DNA of 64,000 nucleotides, from assembly GCA_965233865.1 (NCBI GenBank), contig OZ247587.1, forward strand, positions 288,001-352,000. The letters are read 5' to 3'. Shown in pieces: positions 38,956 to 51,100 of the stretch. A model generated the notes under the pieces. The model saw only the letters and a list, made by a program, of their open reading frames with translations. It ran no database searches and had not been told where the DNA came from. The stretch is from Candidatus Neptunichlamydia sp. GTDB taxonomy: Bacteria; Chlamydiota; Chlamydiia; Chlamydiales; Simkaniaceae. Every line of letters starts with the position of its first letter. Position 1 is the stretch's first letter. The position numbers were made by a program, and so were the translations under genes.

Positions 38956-39795
38956 TTACTCACTGCTTTCTTTCTCAAGATTGGTACTAATTCGTTTTAC
39001 CACTTGATCGTGGAGCATCCCATTTGAGGCGACAATGGGCCCCTCTATAAGAGAGGCATAGGGTTTCCCTTCAAAGTTAGTGACCAAACCACCAGCTTCC
39101 TCGATGAGGAGTTTTCCTGCGGCATAGTCCCATGGTTTCAAAGAGACTTCCCAAAAAGTGTCATAGCGTCCCGCTGCAACATACGCTAAATCGATTGCTG
39201 CAGACCCAATGCGCCGAAGTGGGATACCCATTCTAGCAAATGAGTTAAAATGGTCCAAGCAACAAAGTGGATTTTCATGCACGTTATAGGGAAAACCGGT
39301 TGCAGCTATGGCGCTATCGAGTACAGCGGTCTCTGTAACTTTGAGCTTTTCTCCATTGAAATAGGCTCCATTTCCCTTTTCGGCAATAAAAAGTTCATTC
39401 ACCATCGGGTTATAGACGACTCCTGAAAGAACTTCATTTTGGCAGCAAGCAGCAACGCTAATTGAAAACATGGGAATTTTATGGGCAAAATTTACCGTTC
39501 CATCGATTGGATCGATGATCCACTGAATTCCCCCTTTTCCATTTCCTGATATACCGCTCTCTTCTGCTAAAAACGCGTGGTCAGAAAAATGAGCTTTAAT
39601 AGATTCAATGATCACTGCTTCAGATTTTTTATCCCATTCAGTAACAATATGATGACGCCCTTCTTTTGTTTCAAAATTCATTGGAGTTCCAAACCCCTTC
39701 TTTAGAACTTCCCCAGCTTTTTGAGCTGCGAGGACTGCTACTAAAGTTAGTCTTGAACGGAGAAGGTTAGGTAAATCGAGATCATTAGGTGCCAT
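38956..39795 (-). CDS. suhB: Inositol monophosphatase family protein
   Basis: LAEE, WIIDPIDGTVNFAH, RRIGSAAIDLAYVAAG, PWDYAAG. Confidence 0.9.
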   Translation of the reverse strand: MAPNDLDLPNLLRSRLTLVAVLAAQKAGEVLKKGFGTPMNFETKEGRHHIVTEWDKKSEAVIIESIKAHFSDHAFLAEESGISGNGKGGIQWIIDPIDGTVNFAHKIPMFSISVAACCQNEVLSGVVYNPMVNELFIAEKGNGAYFNGEKLKVTETAVLDSAIAATGFPYNVHENPLCCLDHFNSFARMGIPLRRIGSAAIDLAYVAAGRYDTFWEVSLKPWDYAAGKLLIEEAGGLVTNFEGKPYASLIEGPIVASNGMLHDQVVKRISTNLEKESSE

Positions 39796-40318
39796 GGATA
39801 TTCTCCTCTTCCTTCTTTCTAGATTCTTTTTTCAAAAAATGGAAGCGAAACCACTGCTTTTTTAGGAAGCGGTAGATTATCAAGGGATAAGAAAAAAAGA
39901 AAAGGGCATAAAGGGCATCAGCAAGTGGAAGAAGAAGAAAATCAGTGACAAAACCCTTTAAAGTAAAAGGGAAAGTAGGATCATGGAGGAAGTAAGAGAT
40001 ACGGTTTAAGAGGGTCAAAAAAACCGAAATAATTAAGGTGTAGGAAAAAAGACCCACTGGCTTATCTACAAAGTAGATTCGATAGCGGTAGAGAAAAAAA
40101 GTCGCGGCTATGGCAATAAGGGTTTGAGTGCCAAAGAAGCTCATTGAAAGAAGGTCGAGGATAAATCCACATCCTGCTGAAATCCAAAGCGCCATGATTA
40201 AGCTAGAGCGTCGGTATGTAATTGCATAGAAGGGGGTAAAAAGCATCAATGGAAGAGGAACAAAAAGAGTGAAGCAAAAAGCAAGTAGAAAGTAGGGCCA
40301 AATGCGTTGCTTTTTCAT
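39785..40318 (-). CDS. MreD-like integral membrane protein
   Basis: ~177 aa, ~5 TM helices, GFILDLLS..FG motif typical of MreD; ATGA-coupled to galE. Confidence 0.55.
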   Translation of the reverse strand: MKKQRIWPYFLLAFCFTLFVPLPLMLFTPFYAITYRRSSLIMALWISAGCGFILDLLSMSFFGTQTLIAIAATFFLYRYRIYFVDKPVGLFSYTLIISVFLTLLNRISYFLHDPTFPFTLKGFVTDFLLLPLADALYALFFFSYPLIIYRFLKKQWFRFHFLKKESRKKEEENIHGT

Positions 40319-41295
40319 ACTGTTGCGGCTGCGTTCTGCCAATCCCAAGCGGTTTCAATGATTGTCCGTATATCAGAATATTGAGGAGTCCAACCAAGGA
40401 TACTTTGAGCTTTTTCGGCATTGGCGATAAGAATCGGAGGATCTCCTGGGACCCTCTCTCCTGATACAATTGGAATTTTTAGATCCCACCCTCTTTCAAT
40501 GGTGTCTATCACCTCCTTGACGGAGTGCCCTTTTCCTGTCCCCAAGTTTAAGGTGAAATTTTTCTCCTGCGCAATCATGCATTCAAATGCTCTCACATGA
40601 GCGTCTGCTAGGTCCGTTACGTGGATAAAATCACGAACCGGAGTCCCATCTTTAGTTTCATGATCTTCTCCAAAGAGAGTAAAGTGGGGGCGCTTGCCCA
40701 TTGCAGTTTGGATGAGAAGGGGGATAAGATGAGTTTCGGGATGGTGGGACTCTCCAATCTCTCCATCAGGGTCGGCGCCCGCAGCATTAAAGTAGCGAAG
40801 CGTTGCAATTTTTAGTCCATGAGATTGGCTTGCTGTTTGAAGAATTCTCTCAACCACCCATTTGGACTCCCCATAAGTATTAATGGGACATTTTGGATGC
40901 GTTTCATCTATGGGGATTTTCTTTGGCATTCCATAGATGGAGCAGGTGCTTGAAAAAACAAAGTATGAGACTCTTCGTTGTTTTAAGACTTCTAAGAGAT
41001 TAAGAGTTGCACCTACGTTGTTTTGATAGTATTGAAGAGGAATACGGTGGGATTCTCGAACATTAGAAAGCGCTGCAAGATGAATGGCCCCAAGGATTGG
41101 ATAATCACCAAGGAGTTTGTGGAGTAGTACTTTATCCCCGCAGCTTCCTTGGATAAGGGGCCCCCACTTGACAGCCGATTTGTGCCCCAAGGAAAGGTTG
41201 TCGATTGTAACAGGGGTGTATCCTTGTTGAAACAAGGATTTGCAGACATGGCTTCCAATGTATCCTGCGCCTCCTGTAACAAGGACATGTTTCAT
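40315..41295 (-). CDS. galE: UDP-glucose 4-epimerase
   Basis: VTGGAGYIGSH, YGESK, LRYFNAAGA, PETHLIP, RDFIHVTDLA. Confidence 0.95.
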   Translation of the reverse strand: MKHVLVTGGAGYIGSHVCKSLFQQGYTPVTIDNLSLGHKSAVKWGPLIQGSCGDKVLLHKLLGDYPILGAIHLAALSNVRESHRIPLQYYQNNVGATLNLLEVLKQRRVSYFVFSSTCSIYGMPKKIPIDETHPKCPINTYGESKWVVERILQTASQSHGLKIATLRYFNAAGADPDGEIGESHHPETHLIPLLIQTAMGKRPHFTLFGEDHETKDGTPVRDFIHVTDLADAHVRAFECMIAQEKNFTLNLGTGKGHSVKEVIDTIERGWDLKIPIVSGERVPGDPPILIANAEKAQSILGWTPQYSDIRTIIETAWDWQNAAATV

Positions 41296-41963
41296 CAAAC
41301 AGCTCCCCTAGAAATAAGGACGAGAGGAATGGTTTTAAGCACTACTTTTATATCATAAAAAAAGGACTGTTTTTTGTAGTATAGACTGTCGAGTTCAACT
41401 CGATCTGCATAGGAGAGATGGCTCCTTCCTGAAATCTGCCAAAGCCCTGTGATTCCCGGTTTAACGGCGAGGATTAGGTGAGCATACTTTCTGAGAGGGC
41501 TCTTTTCCTTTTCCTCAAGCTCCTTGATGTAATGAGGACGGGGGCCCACAACGCTCAGATCTCCACTCAGAACGTTAAAGAATTGAGGGAACTCATCGAG
41601 AGAAGTTCGTCTTAAAAATTTTCCTAAGGCTGTACAGCGAGGATCTTTTTGGAATTTTTGAAAAACTTCCCATTCTTCTTTCATTTGAGGGCTACTTCTG
41701 AGCATCTCCTCAAGACGATCCTCGGCGTCGATGTACATTGTCCGGAATTTAAAAATTTCAATATACTTTCCTTTTTTCCCTAGGCGCTTTCCAACATAGA
41801 ATATAGGTCCCTTGGAATTGAGCTTAACTAATAGGGCTAAAAAGAGATAAACAGGGGAGAAGACAAGAATGAACATCAGACTAAAGAAAACGTCAAATAC
41901 TCTTTTGAAAAAGGGGTATAGAGGATGAGTTTGTTTGTCGAAGGCTGTATCCATGAAAGTCAT
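41295..41963 (-). CDS. Priming phosphoglycosyl transferase (bacterial sugar transferase, WbaP/WcaJ catalytic domain)
   Basis: KRVFD, FKFRTM, DPR.T..GKFLRRTSLDEFPQFFNVL.GDLSVVGPRP, KPGITGLWQISGRS. Confidence 0.93.
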   Translation of the reverse strand: MTFMDTAFDKQTHPLYPFFKRVFDVFFSLMFILVFSPVYLFLALLVKLNSKGPIFYVGKRLGKKGKYIEIFKFRTMYIDAEDRLEEMLRSSPQMKEEWEVFQKFQKDPRCTALGKFLRRTSLDEFPQFFNVLSGDLSVVGPRPHYIKELEEKEKSPLRKYAHLILAVKPGITGLWQISGRSHLSYADRVELDSLYYKKQSFFYDIKVVLKTIPLVLISRGAV

Positions 41964-42039
41964 GCTCCCATTTTTTTTAATATATTTCAATTCTTAAGTC
42001 GCATATTCTCCTCGATTTGAAACGGTACTGAAATAAAAA

Positions 42040-42136
42040 GACTCAGATTTAGTTATTAAATTAAATTTATTAATATTATATAATTAATTAACATTGTTTA
42101 TTATAATGACTTTAAAATTAATAGGATCGTTAATGT
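42040..42136 (+). promoter_or_regulatory. Very AT-rich divergent promoter region with TATAAT boxes
   Basis: TATAAT near 42078 and 42103; almost no G/C. Confidence 0.4.
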
Positions 42137-45100
42137 ATGGCGCTTGGAGTTAATCCAAATCTAAACCAAAATAATGGAATGTTGCATAAATTTCTACCGA
42201 TGGCCAGGTTGAATGCAATGCAAGCGACTCTCGTTTCGATGGTTCAAAAGGCTGGGGGACTCATCAACTATGAGTTGAATCGAGCCAAACATGTTTTTTC
42301 ATTTAACCCAAATACTCGCCGCTTATACGATCTTTTTCAAAAGTATTTTCCTGAAGGACTCTTTCCTGAAACTGAAGCGATTGCTCGCCTAAAAACCCGT
42401 TTAACAGAGTTGTCATTTGCTTCTGAAGAAGCTAGACATGAATTTATGGGAAATAAAGAGGCTCTTCTTGAAATGTCTTTGCTTTATGAAAAAAGAGATC
42501 ATATTCCTGTTTCTCCTGAAGTCTTCCGAGCCATTTTACATAAACGACAGAGAGACCAAGAAGCTTCTTTCAACGACGTACTTGATTATTCTATTGCTGT
42601 TTCTAGAAGGGAAGAAAATTCTCGGATCGATGAGATTATTGCTCAAACTGAGCAAGGTGCGGCTCTTTTAGATAAAGAGGCTGCAATTCTCGAGGAAGGC
42701 GGCCAACAAGAAAAAGCTGCAGCAAAAAAAACAAAATCTGAGGAAATAAGAAGGGGAGCTGTTGAGCGAAGAAAGCATGAAACTGAACGTCGAACGGGCC
42801 AGGTTGAAAGCGAAGATCATTCTGCTACTCGAGGAGAAACTGATCTGAGGGAAGATGCGGCTCAATCGTTAAAAGAGGCGCAGGGCGTCCGTGAATCGAT
42901 TACCGAAAAAGCAACTGAAGCTCTTAAATCTGAAACTCTATCTCAGTTTGTTGAAGACACTGCAAAGCATCTTTATAGTTTGCTAGAAAAGACTCCCAAG
43001 GGTAAGCATCTTGTGTACATGGGAAAGGCAGGAACATCGTCTGTTGGGGTGAGTGGGGTTGTCAATATTCCTGGACTGGAAGATCATATTCCTCCTGAGA
43101 TAAAGACTCTTCTTTCAGAAAAAGACCCTAAGGTGATTGGTCAAATGGCCAAAGCGAATGTCATCAAAAAGATGGGCCCAATGATTATGGAATTCTTGGG
43201 AAAGGAGACGGTTGTGAGGCTCACTGAAGAGCACCGGCTTGCTCACCCAGGAGAGCCTGTCACACTAGATCCTGTTGCTCTTTTTGAAAAATGGATTGGA
43301 AAATCTTTTGAAAGATTAGAAGGGGTTTTAAATGAGCAAATGCCCGAGCAGCTGACAGCAGAGATTGTTCACAGTTTGAGAGAAGATGCGAGGGAAGTTT
43401 TCTGTGGAGTTCGCACAGAAACAACTGGTGAAAAAAGAAGAATAGAAGAGCTGTTTGACGAAATTGCTGGTCAAGGGTTTGAGGCGTTTCTTGGAAGAGC
43501 TGTTGGGGAATCTTTAGTTAGTACCCGTGCGCTTTTTACAGAGAAGTTGGATGGTGTTGTTCAAGGTATGACTCAGTTTCTCCCCTCTTCTGCACATGCG
43601 GCGCTAACATCTTTAGGGCTAATCCCAAATATTGAAAAGCCATTTTGGATTGATATTGTTAAAAATTTTGATGAAACCTTCACGGTTAAACTTTTTGCAA
43701 ATGGACTTTCTGCTGAGGCTTTTAAAGAAGTACAGATCGCTCAAAAAACGGGGCTTCAAGTTCCTCTTGTTTTTGAAAATGTTGATGCAAAAAAACTTGC
43801 TCAAGATTTTTTTCACCTCCTTGTTGATTATGAATATCGCCCGAAGTACAAGAAAGGACTGCATTCATTCTCAGTAGAGCATGTTGTTTCTGGACTCACT
43901 CACTACTTGGGAATGCCAAAAATTGCGAGCGATATCAGTGAGATTATGCCTCACCGCGTTGTTGAGGATCAAGGGCCTCTATCTCTGATGTACCTTTATC
44001 TCTTCAATCATCAAAGTAGAGATATTTCATTATTCCATGCAGAGCATTCCTTTGATTTATCCTGGCATGCTCTTATTGATTATTGGAAAGTATTCGGCAC
44101 GCCTGATGGTTTAAAGGAAGATCGGGAACTAAGAAGTGGAATACGTGTTGCGATCGACCATATTTCTAAGGAAGCGATTCTCCTTTATGATGATAAGGCT
44201 ATTTCAAATCACAAACTTCAACAAGTCTATGCGACGCTTTGGGAGATTGAAGGTGCAATGCACAAAGCTGAGAAGCATCAGGTTAAGACGCGCAATGGTG
44301 GGATTATCATTCCTCTGGGGATGCAGAACTATCTGAAGGCTCTCTTGCTAGATTCTGGGGCAGACCCTTCTTATCTAGAAGCTCTCAAAGAAGCTTTTCT
44401 GGTGGCTGCCGGCGACGACTGTGAGGAGATTTTTGATGCAGTTCTCAACGAGCTTCTTCCTGAACTTGTCACATCTAGTGCAGTTAAAGAAGCCGAAGTT
44501 CTAGACTGGCAAGACATCTTCAAGATTGAGGCTGTTAAGAAGAAGATCGAATATATCAAAATGAACCGTTTCTCAATTCTTCAACTTGTGAAGTTTTATG
44601 CAAAAATGATGGTCATTCTTTTTTCTATCTACCAGGTAACGCTGTCTGCAAAAACGATTGCTACAACGATTGAAAAGTATTATCCTAATCTCAAAAAAAA
44701 GTTCCCCTTTAGCCCATTCTATTTAGGGGTGGCTATGACCTTGTTTGGGCCTCAAGTGTTTGCTAAAACGCTTCCTAAAGACGTTTACGAGTCTGTCGCT
44801 GCTATTTATCACCTATCAACACAAGTCAGTTGTTACATCTTTAAGCGCCTCTTAATGCATGGATTTAAACAGGTCCTTAAGAAGGTTATTAAGGAAGAAG
44901 ACAAAAACAGTATTCGCACATTGGCTAAGCAAATGCAGCAGGAAGTCTTGCGAAAGGGAGAACTGGGTTATGAAGTTACTTCATCTCAAGGAAATCATGA
45001 TAAGGTTGAGGTGAATTTTATCCAGGGACCTGCACAGGAGAGTCTTTCTGCCTACGAAACTACTGCTTTATTTAAAAATGAAGTCCCTAAGCCTATATCG

Positions 45101-48100
45101 GTTACAATTACATCAGAAAATTATGAAAAAACTCTAGATGATTGGGTTAATCATGCACAAACGCTGCACAATGACTTTAAAGAAGATCATTACGATTTAA
45201 TTTATCTAAATGAGCAGATCCGCAATCTTCCTATTCCCGGTGCATGTGATTATGAAGACAATGTATGGAGCTGTATTCCTAAAGAGGCAATGGATCTATT
45301 TGAGAAAGCGGATACTTTAGCTAAAGAGACACAGCAGACATTAGATGAAGCTGAGCAATTAAGAGATAAAGCCAAAGATTTGGTTCAAGAGGCAATTCCT
45401 GTTGCGCTTGAAAAGCTTCATTCCCTTTTAGTTTCTCTTTATAAAGCTTCTCAAAACACGCAAAAAAATCCTCAGCATCGCACTGAAACGGTGATCAGCT
45501 TCTACTCTCTATATGCGATCATAAATAGTTTTGTTACGAGGTCTAATAATGCGGGTTTTAACAGCCTCTCTCGCCAGGCAAATGGTGAAGACCTCTTCCA
45601 TTTTACGCAGAAAGCAGGGCTAAAAGTCACTCACAAAAAATCTTTACAGCAGCTTCGAGCTGTTTGTAGTTATTTCGACTTTGAACTAGGAGAACGGCTA
45701 ACTCCAGAAGAAATCCAAAATAAGTTTTCTTCAGTACACTTTAATTATGCTGGGACTGGATCATACATAGGTGGAAAAGCCTTTAACAGCAAGGGAGTCA
45801 AAGTAACAGTCACTCCTTATCAGCAATTGTTCAGTACAGACAGTCCCTATTTCAGTGACCTCCTCAAAAGACCTGAAATAAAAGCGAGGTTAGAGGCTCA
45901 TGGTATCGATCGCAGATCAACTAATATGGATAAACAGTTGATGTTATTTCGCGATCCTCCAATGCTCGATGCTCCGACTGAGGCTAGAAACGCGTGGGAA
46001 GATAACACGAGCGATCTCGATCTAAGAAAAGGAATTCTTCCCCGAGAATACTACATTCTAAGAGTTGCCCATTTTATGTCTTCATCAAAGGCAATCTTTG
46101 GCACTGAACTCAAAGAAGATTTCCTTAAGGATCCAATCAAAAGAGGGCTTAGCATTTCTAAAGTTGAAGTCCAAGAAGACATCCCAACGGGTATCTTTGG
46201 AAACATCAAGGCACTTACTTCAAAAATGTACCATGCTGCAACCCAAGAAGCATTTCAGGCTCAATTGCTTAAAGGAAACCTTGCAATACTGGAAAAGCAG
46301 GATGAAAGGTTAGAAGCGATTAGAGATCGTACCATTGGCCGCGCAGTCCATGGAAAGGGGACGGAGTATGCAGTAGGTGCATCTCAGCGGGAGCAGGATA
46401 GGTATAAAGAAAAAACGTTTGGTGTAAGGCGCGTTGATCAAACATTTGTGATTGGAACCATTCAAACAGTAGATGAGCTGAGTCTTTTGAGCGTTGCAGA
46501 AAAGCAGATTCTCGAGATGGTTCAATCCTACGATAAAGATCGCCTTATCAGAGCACTTGAAATCTTTAGCTATCGAGAGGACCGTTTGCGCCATCCCGAG
46601 TTCCGCGTTCTCTTTGACTTGTTATGCCAGAACTTAGTTGCCCTAGAAGCTCAAGCGAAAGATCGCGTAGAAATTGGAAAATATGTAGGTCAATTCTTTG
46701 CGAATAAAATGAACTCTCTCAAGAGGATTGGTGATTTAGAAACAGCTCTCTTCATGACGAAAATGGGGATTGAGCTTGAAGGGTTCTTTATCTCTCATGA
46801 TCAAACAATTAAAAATCACTTTCCAGATTTTGCTTCGGAAATTCGAAAACACATTATTCCTGCGTACCAGGCGCTTCCTAAAGAGAAACGCGTGATTAAT
46901 GTCGGTGAGTCTGGAAAGATGAGTGGGATTCATTTAGCGCTCACGACTCTTGCAGTTTCCTATATGAATGTTGATTTAAAAGTCTTAGATACGAAAACTT
47001 ATAATCAGGCACTTGAAGACATTGGTAGGTTTGCATTTTACCAAGGAAGGCAGCATCCAGAGTTTCAGGCGCAGTGGCTTTTTGGAGAAGCTAAAGGAGT
47101 TGTTTTCAAATGGGCAAATTGCTTGAGGGAATATTGCAACTCTGTTGGAACAAAGCTTCGAGATGATCTATTAGGCCAACTCTTTGCTGATGCTGGAATT
47201 GATTTATGCAAAGAGCTTGGTGCTTGGCAAGGGGAGTTCCCTACCTTTAAAAATGTTAAACAGGAGCTAATAGTCAATCTTGCTCAAAAAACAATTCATG
47301 GGCATGCATCCGTATTTTTGAAGGAAAAAGGGGAAGAAGAACTCCGAAGGGTTTTTGGAAAAGAAGATCTTGGCAAGTGTCAATTTAGAGAAAATAACAC
47401 CTTTAAATACCCAACACTTGAGATAGAGATTCATTGGGATCTTGATCAACGCCGCTTCATAATTTCGAAGGACATTGAAGAGGAAATTGCGACATATTTT
47501 TCTCAGAAAGAGATTACGATTAACTGGGGTTTTTCTCCATTTGTTTTTGAAGCCAAGGATCTTATTTTTGCTAACAACTCAAGGATTTTTGTCTATAGAG
47601 ATCGAGAATTGATTGCGCGTTTCACGCTTTCTAAATGCAAAGAATTGATTACGAATTTTCCACTTGAAGGCGCAACAGTCACTAAGCGGGAACATGTTAT
47701 CAATGGAAAGTGGCATCAGGCTGTTGACCTGAGTCAACAAAAGCACGAGTTGACACTGCTTAATTGGTTTGTGAAGCTTGATGATATTGAAGCCTATAGT
47801 CAGCCTCAGCCGGCCGTCGAAGGGAGACCTGCGAGAGATCGCTTAACATATGTGAAGCTGAAGCCACTAAATCTTGAGTTTAAAATTGTTGAAAAAGAAG
47901 ATGGAACGCTTCAAGCCGTTTCGATGAGCGAAGGAACTAGAGGCTATGTTCTCTGTAAACGCCAGGAAGACGCCCGTCTTTACGCTTATCCCCACGCCAT
48001 TATTCTTCACAATGAAGCGGGAGCCGAAAAGGTAATCCTTAAGAGCCTTCCTTTTGCAACGATATTCTTAAAGTTTATCGTGAATAACATTGCAAAAACA

Positions 48101-51100
48101 AAGACTTCTCCGATGATTGATGAGCTTATCAATAGCCAAGCAGTTGAAGGCTACGATAAACATGGTCTTGGTCTGATTGAGAGAGAAATGGAAGATCTCG
48201 ATGATATCGGTGCTCAGATGATTCGAACGGTTTATACGGGTGGATATAGAAGAGTAACCTTGGACAAGGCTCAATATTTCACAACGAACTTTGATGAAAA
48301 TGGGGAACTCTCTTCAAAAGACCCCAATATGATGGCCTACTTGGCATGTTACCACTTTTGTAGTGGAGATATTGAAACAGCTAAGCACTATTTCGATCGA
48401 CTAGAAGTTTTTGGAAATCAGTATCCCTTTACAGAAGACGCATTGAACTATATCGATCGATTGATCCTTTTACTGGGATATTCTCGTAAGTCTCTAGCAA
48501 CAGAGCTAGCTCTTCGCCTTGCTGCAATTCGAGAAAAGAACTATCTGGTACAAATGCCAACAGATTCTGAAAAGGCTTTAGGAGAGGGTGAGGAAGCAGT
48601 CACAGAAAGCGGCAAGAAGCTGGACCGCCTCCAGATTTTCAGAGTATTGGTTTTGCAGGAAAAGTACATCGAGTACCTTGAAAATTTGAAGTTTGGTGGA
48701 AGGCAATATTTAACTCCTGAGGATGAGCTGTTTATTTTCAAGACGCTTACACGGGCAGCAAAGGAAATTTTTGATGCAAAATCTTGGAATTTAGATGAAG
48801 ATTGGCAAAGTGTTTTAGAACATTTTAAGGGGGATTATACCTCTGAAGTTCTTATGCCCCCAACACTTGTCCGTAGATTTCATTACCTCCACTCTAAATA
48901 TAATGAGCCCGGAATTTGGAAATCTTATCAGAATCGCCTCCTTTTTGAAGAGTTTTGGTATGATAGAATAAACCCTTACACAAGATTTTTGGGAAACCCA
49001 AAGCGCAGCGGTTTCTTTGGTCAAATCAATTCTATCGTGAAAGACATTGTTCAAAGTCCTCTTTTAAAGCCGCAGACTGTCGATTATGCCATGGAACTGT
49101 CAACGCCTACTTATACACTTGAAAACCTTCCTCTGTCTCCAATTAAAATGGAGCCTAAGCTTTTGCTTTCAGAGTTTGTTCATTACTATGCTTTAGCATC
49201 AAATGGGATACCTCCTGAATGGAAAGTCAATGTTGAGAAGGTAAATATTTTTGCATCGAAAAAAGCCGAATTTATGAAGAACTTTCCTCTTTTAATGGGA
49301 AATTTTTCGCCAAAATATGCTCTTTTCTATGATCTTCTTGACCGGGTAATTAAGGGAGCGTCTTTATGGGAGCCTTCAAATTTTTTTGGTGAATTTCCTA
49401 CAGCTGATCAGATACGTGTAGAGCTCTTAGCTGTTCAAGCGGGAGAGGCTGCAGTACAGTCTGCTACGCAAGAGGAAGGACAGATGATTAATAAAGCTAC
49501 TGTGCGTGATAATGCAGCAAGGAATGCTCTTAAAAAGAGACTTGAGGAGATTCAATCAAAAAAAGTCTCGTCTGACATTTATTCAAGCGAAATTGAGTAT
49601 ATTAAAAAATATTTAGAGAATTCGAAAGATACGCATTCATTGCTTGAATGGGCTGAAGGTAGAGTTTCTAAATTGTGTGAATTAGGAGAGGAACATACAG
49701 TTACTTACCCCTTCTCGCAGGCTGCTAAAGGCGTTATGGCGTTTGGTAAGGGTGCTCAAAAGCTGAGATCTAGCTTTAAAGTTGGAGACCCAAGTGACTT
49801 TAATAACATGATGCAGAACTTTGTGAACAAGTCGAGAGTTAGGTTAGGGCTGGACACCTTAGAGAAAGCTACAATTCTTGAAAATGCTTGTGGTGTGGCA
49901 AAGAAAGTAGGCTGTTTGTCAATGGGTTTAACAGCATTTACTCTTGAAAGTGCTTTAACTCCTGGATTTGTCAGGATGAAAGAGCGTTTAACTTGCGGCA
50001 TTTCTAGGGTTTGGAAGCAAGAGCGCGACGTAATGATGGAAAACGAAGCGCCAAGGCAAGAGCCTGAAAAGATAAGTGTTGAGTTGGCGCAGGTTCTTGG
50101 TCAGAGGGAACTCTTGATCACGACTGCTATGAGGGAACTTCTAGAAGAGTATTGCACTGTCGTAACTACCGAAAATCCAGCAAGGAAAGAGGTTAAGTAC
50201 TTTAATTCCGAAGGGCTAGATGACGAAGCTATTAGACAAGGTTTTGAAGAATTTAACGGTGCCCTTGTTGAGTATTATAGCCGGGAGCCAGGAATGGTTC
50301 ATGCCTTCACTCTTAGAGAAGGGGGATCAGTAGAAGAATTTATTCATGCGATTCGCAGGCTTAAACAAGAGGTTACAGTTGTCTTAGAGAAAGAGCAGCA
50401 AGCAATTGTGGATTTTGTTAGTCAGGAGAAGCTTACAAGTGATGACGGGGTCGAGCGTACACTAAGCCGTCTTGAAAAGACAAAGGTTCGAAATAAACCT
50501 CTTACATTTAATGATATTCTTAAGTGGTTCTTAACTGAAGACAACACGATTCTTCTCAACCGTTCTGAAACGAGCAAAGAACACATCCCTATTATTAAAG
50601 AGAAGGTCTATCTCTATCTAATGACTCTTTCTCGCTTTAACATTCTCTTTGAGAAAGTCAATAGCGCAACTCCACAAGAAGGAATTGCTCCGCTTGCATC
50701 AGAGCTTCTAAGAGAGAGAACATACCAAGTAAGAGCAGATGAGCCTGAACGGCTTTTGAAAGCGAAGGTTGCTTATGAAGCACATACTGGAAAAATGCTA
50801 TGGGAAGTTCAAGCAAGCCATTTAGATAGAATCATTCTTCAGGGTAGCAGTCACTTGATGAATGTGATGATTATGGGTGATGGAAAAAGTAGCGCTGTCA
50901 TCCCTGGTTCTGATTATGCGGCAGCAGATGGTAGAGATGCCCTTGTTGTTAACGTCTGGCCTAAGTCGGTCAAAGGACAAAGTCTTGATATGATGGAGCA
51001 AAATGCTCTTGGAGTTTATGGACAAGGGGTCAATGCATTTGTGGTTGATAGAAGAAGAAATTGGGATAGCGAGCGTTTATGGGCCCTTGCAAAGGTCTTT

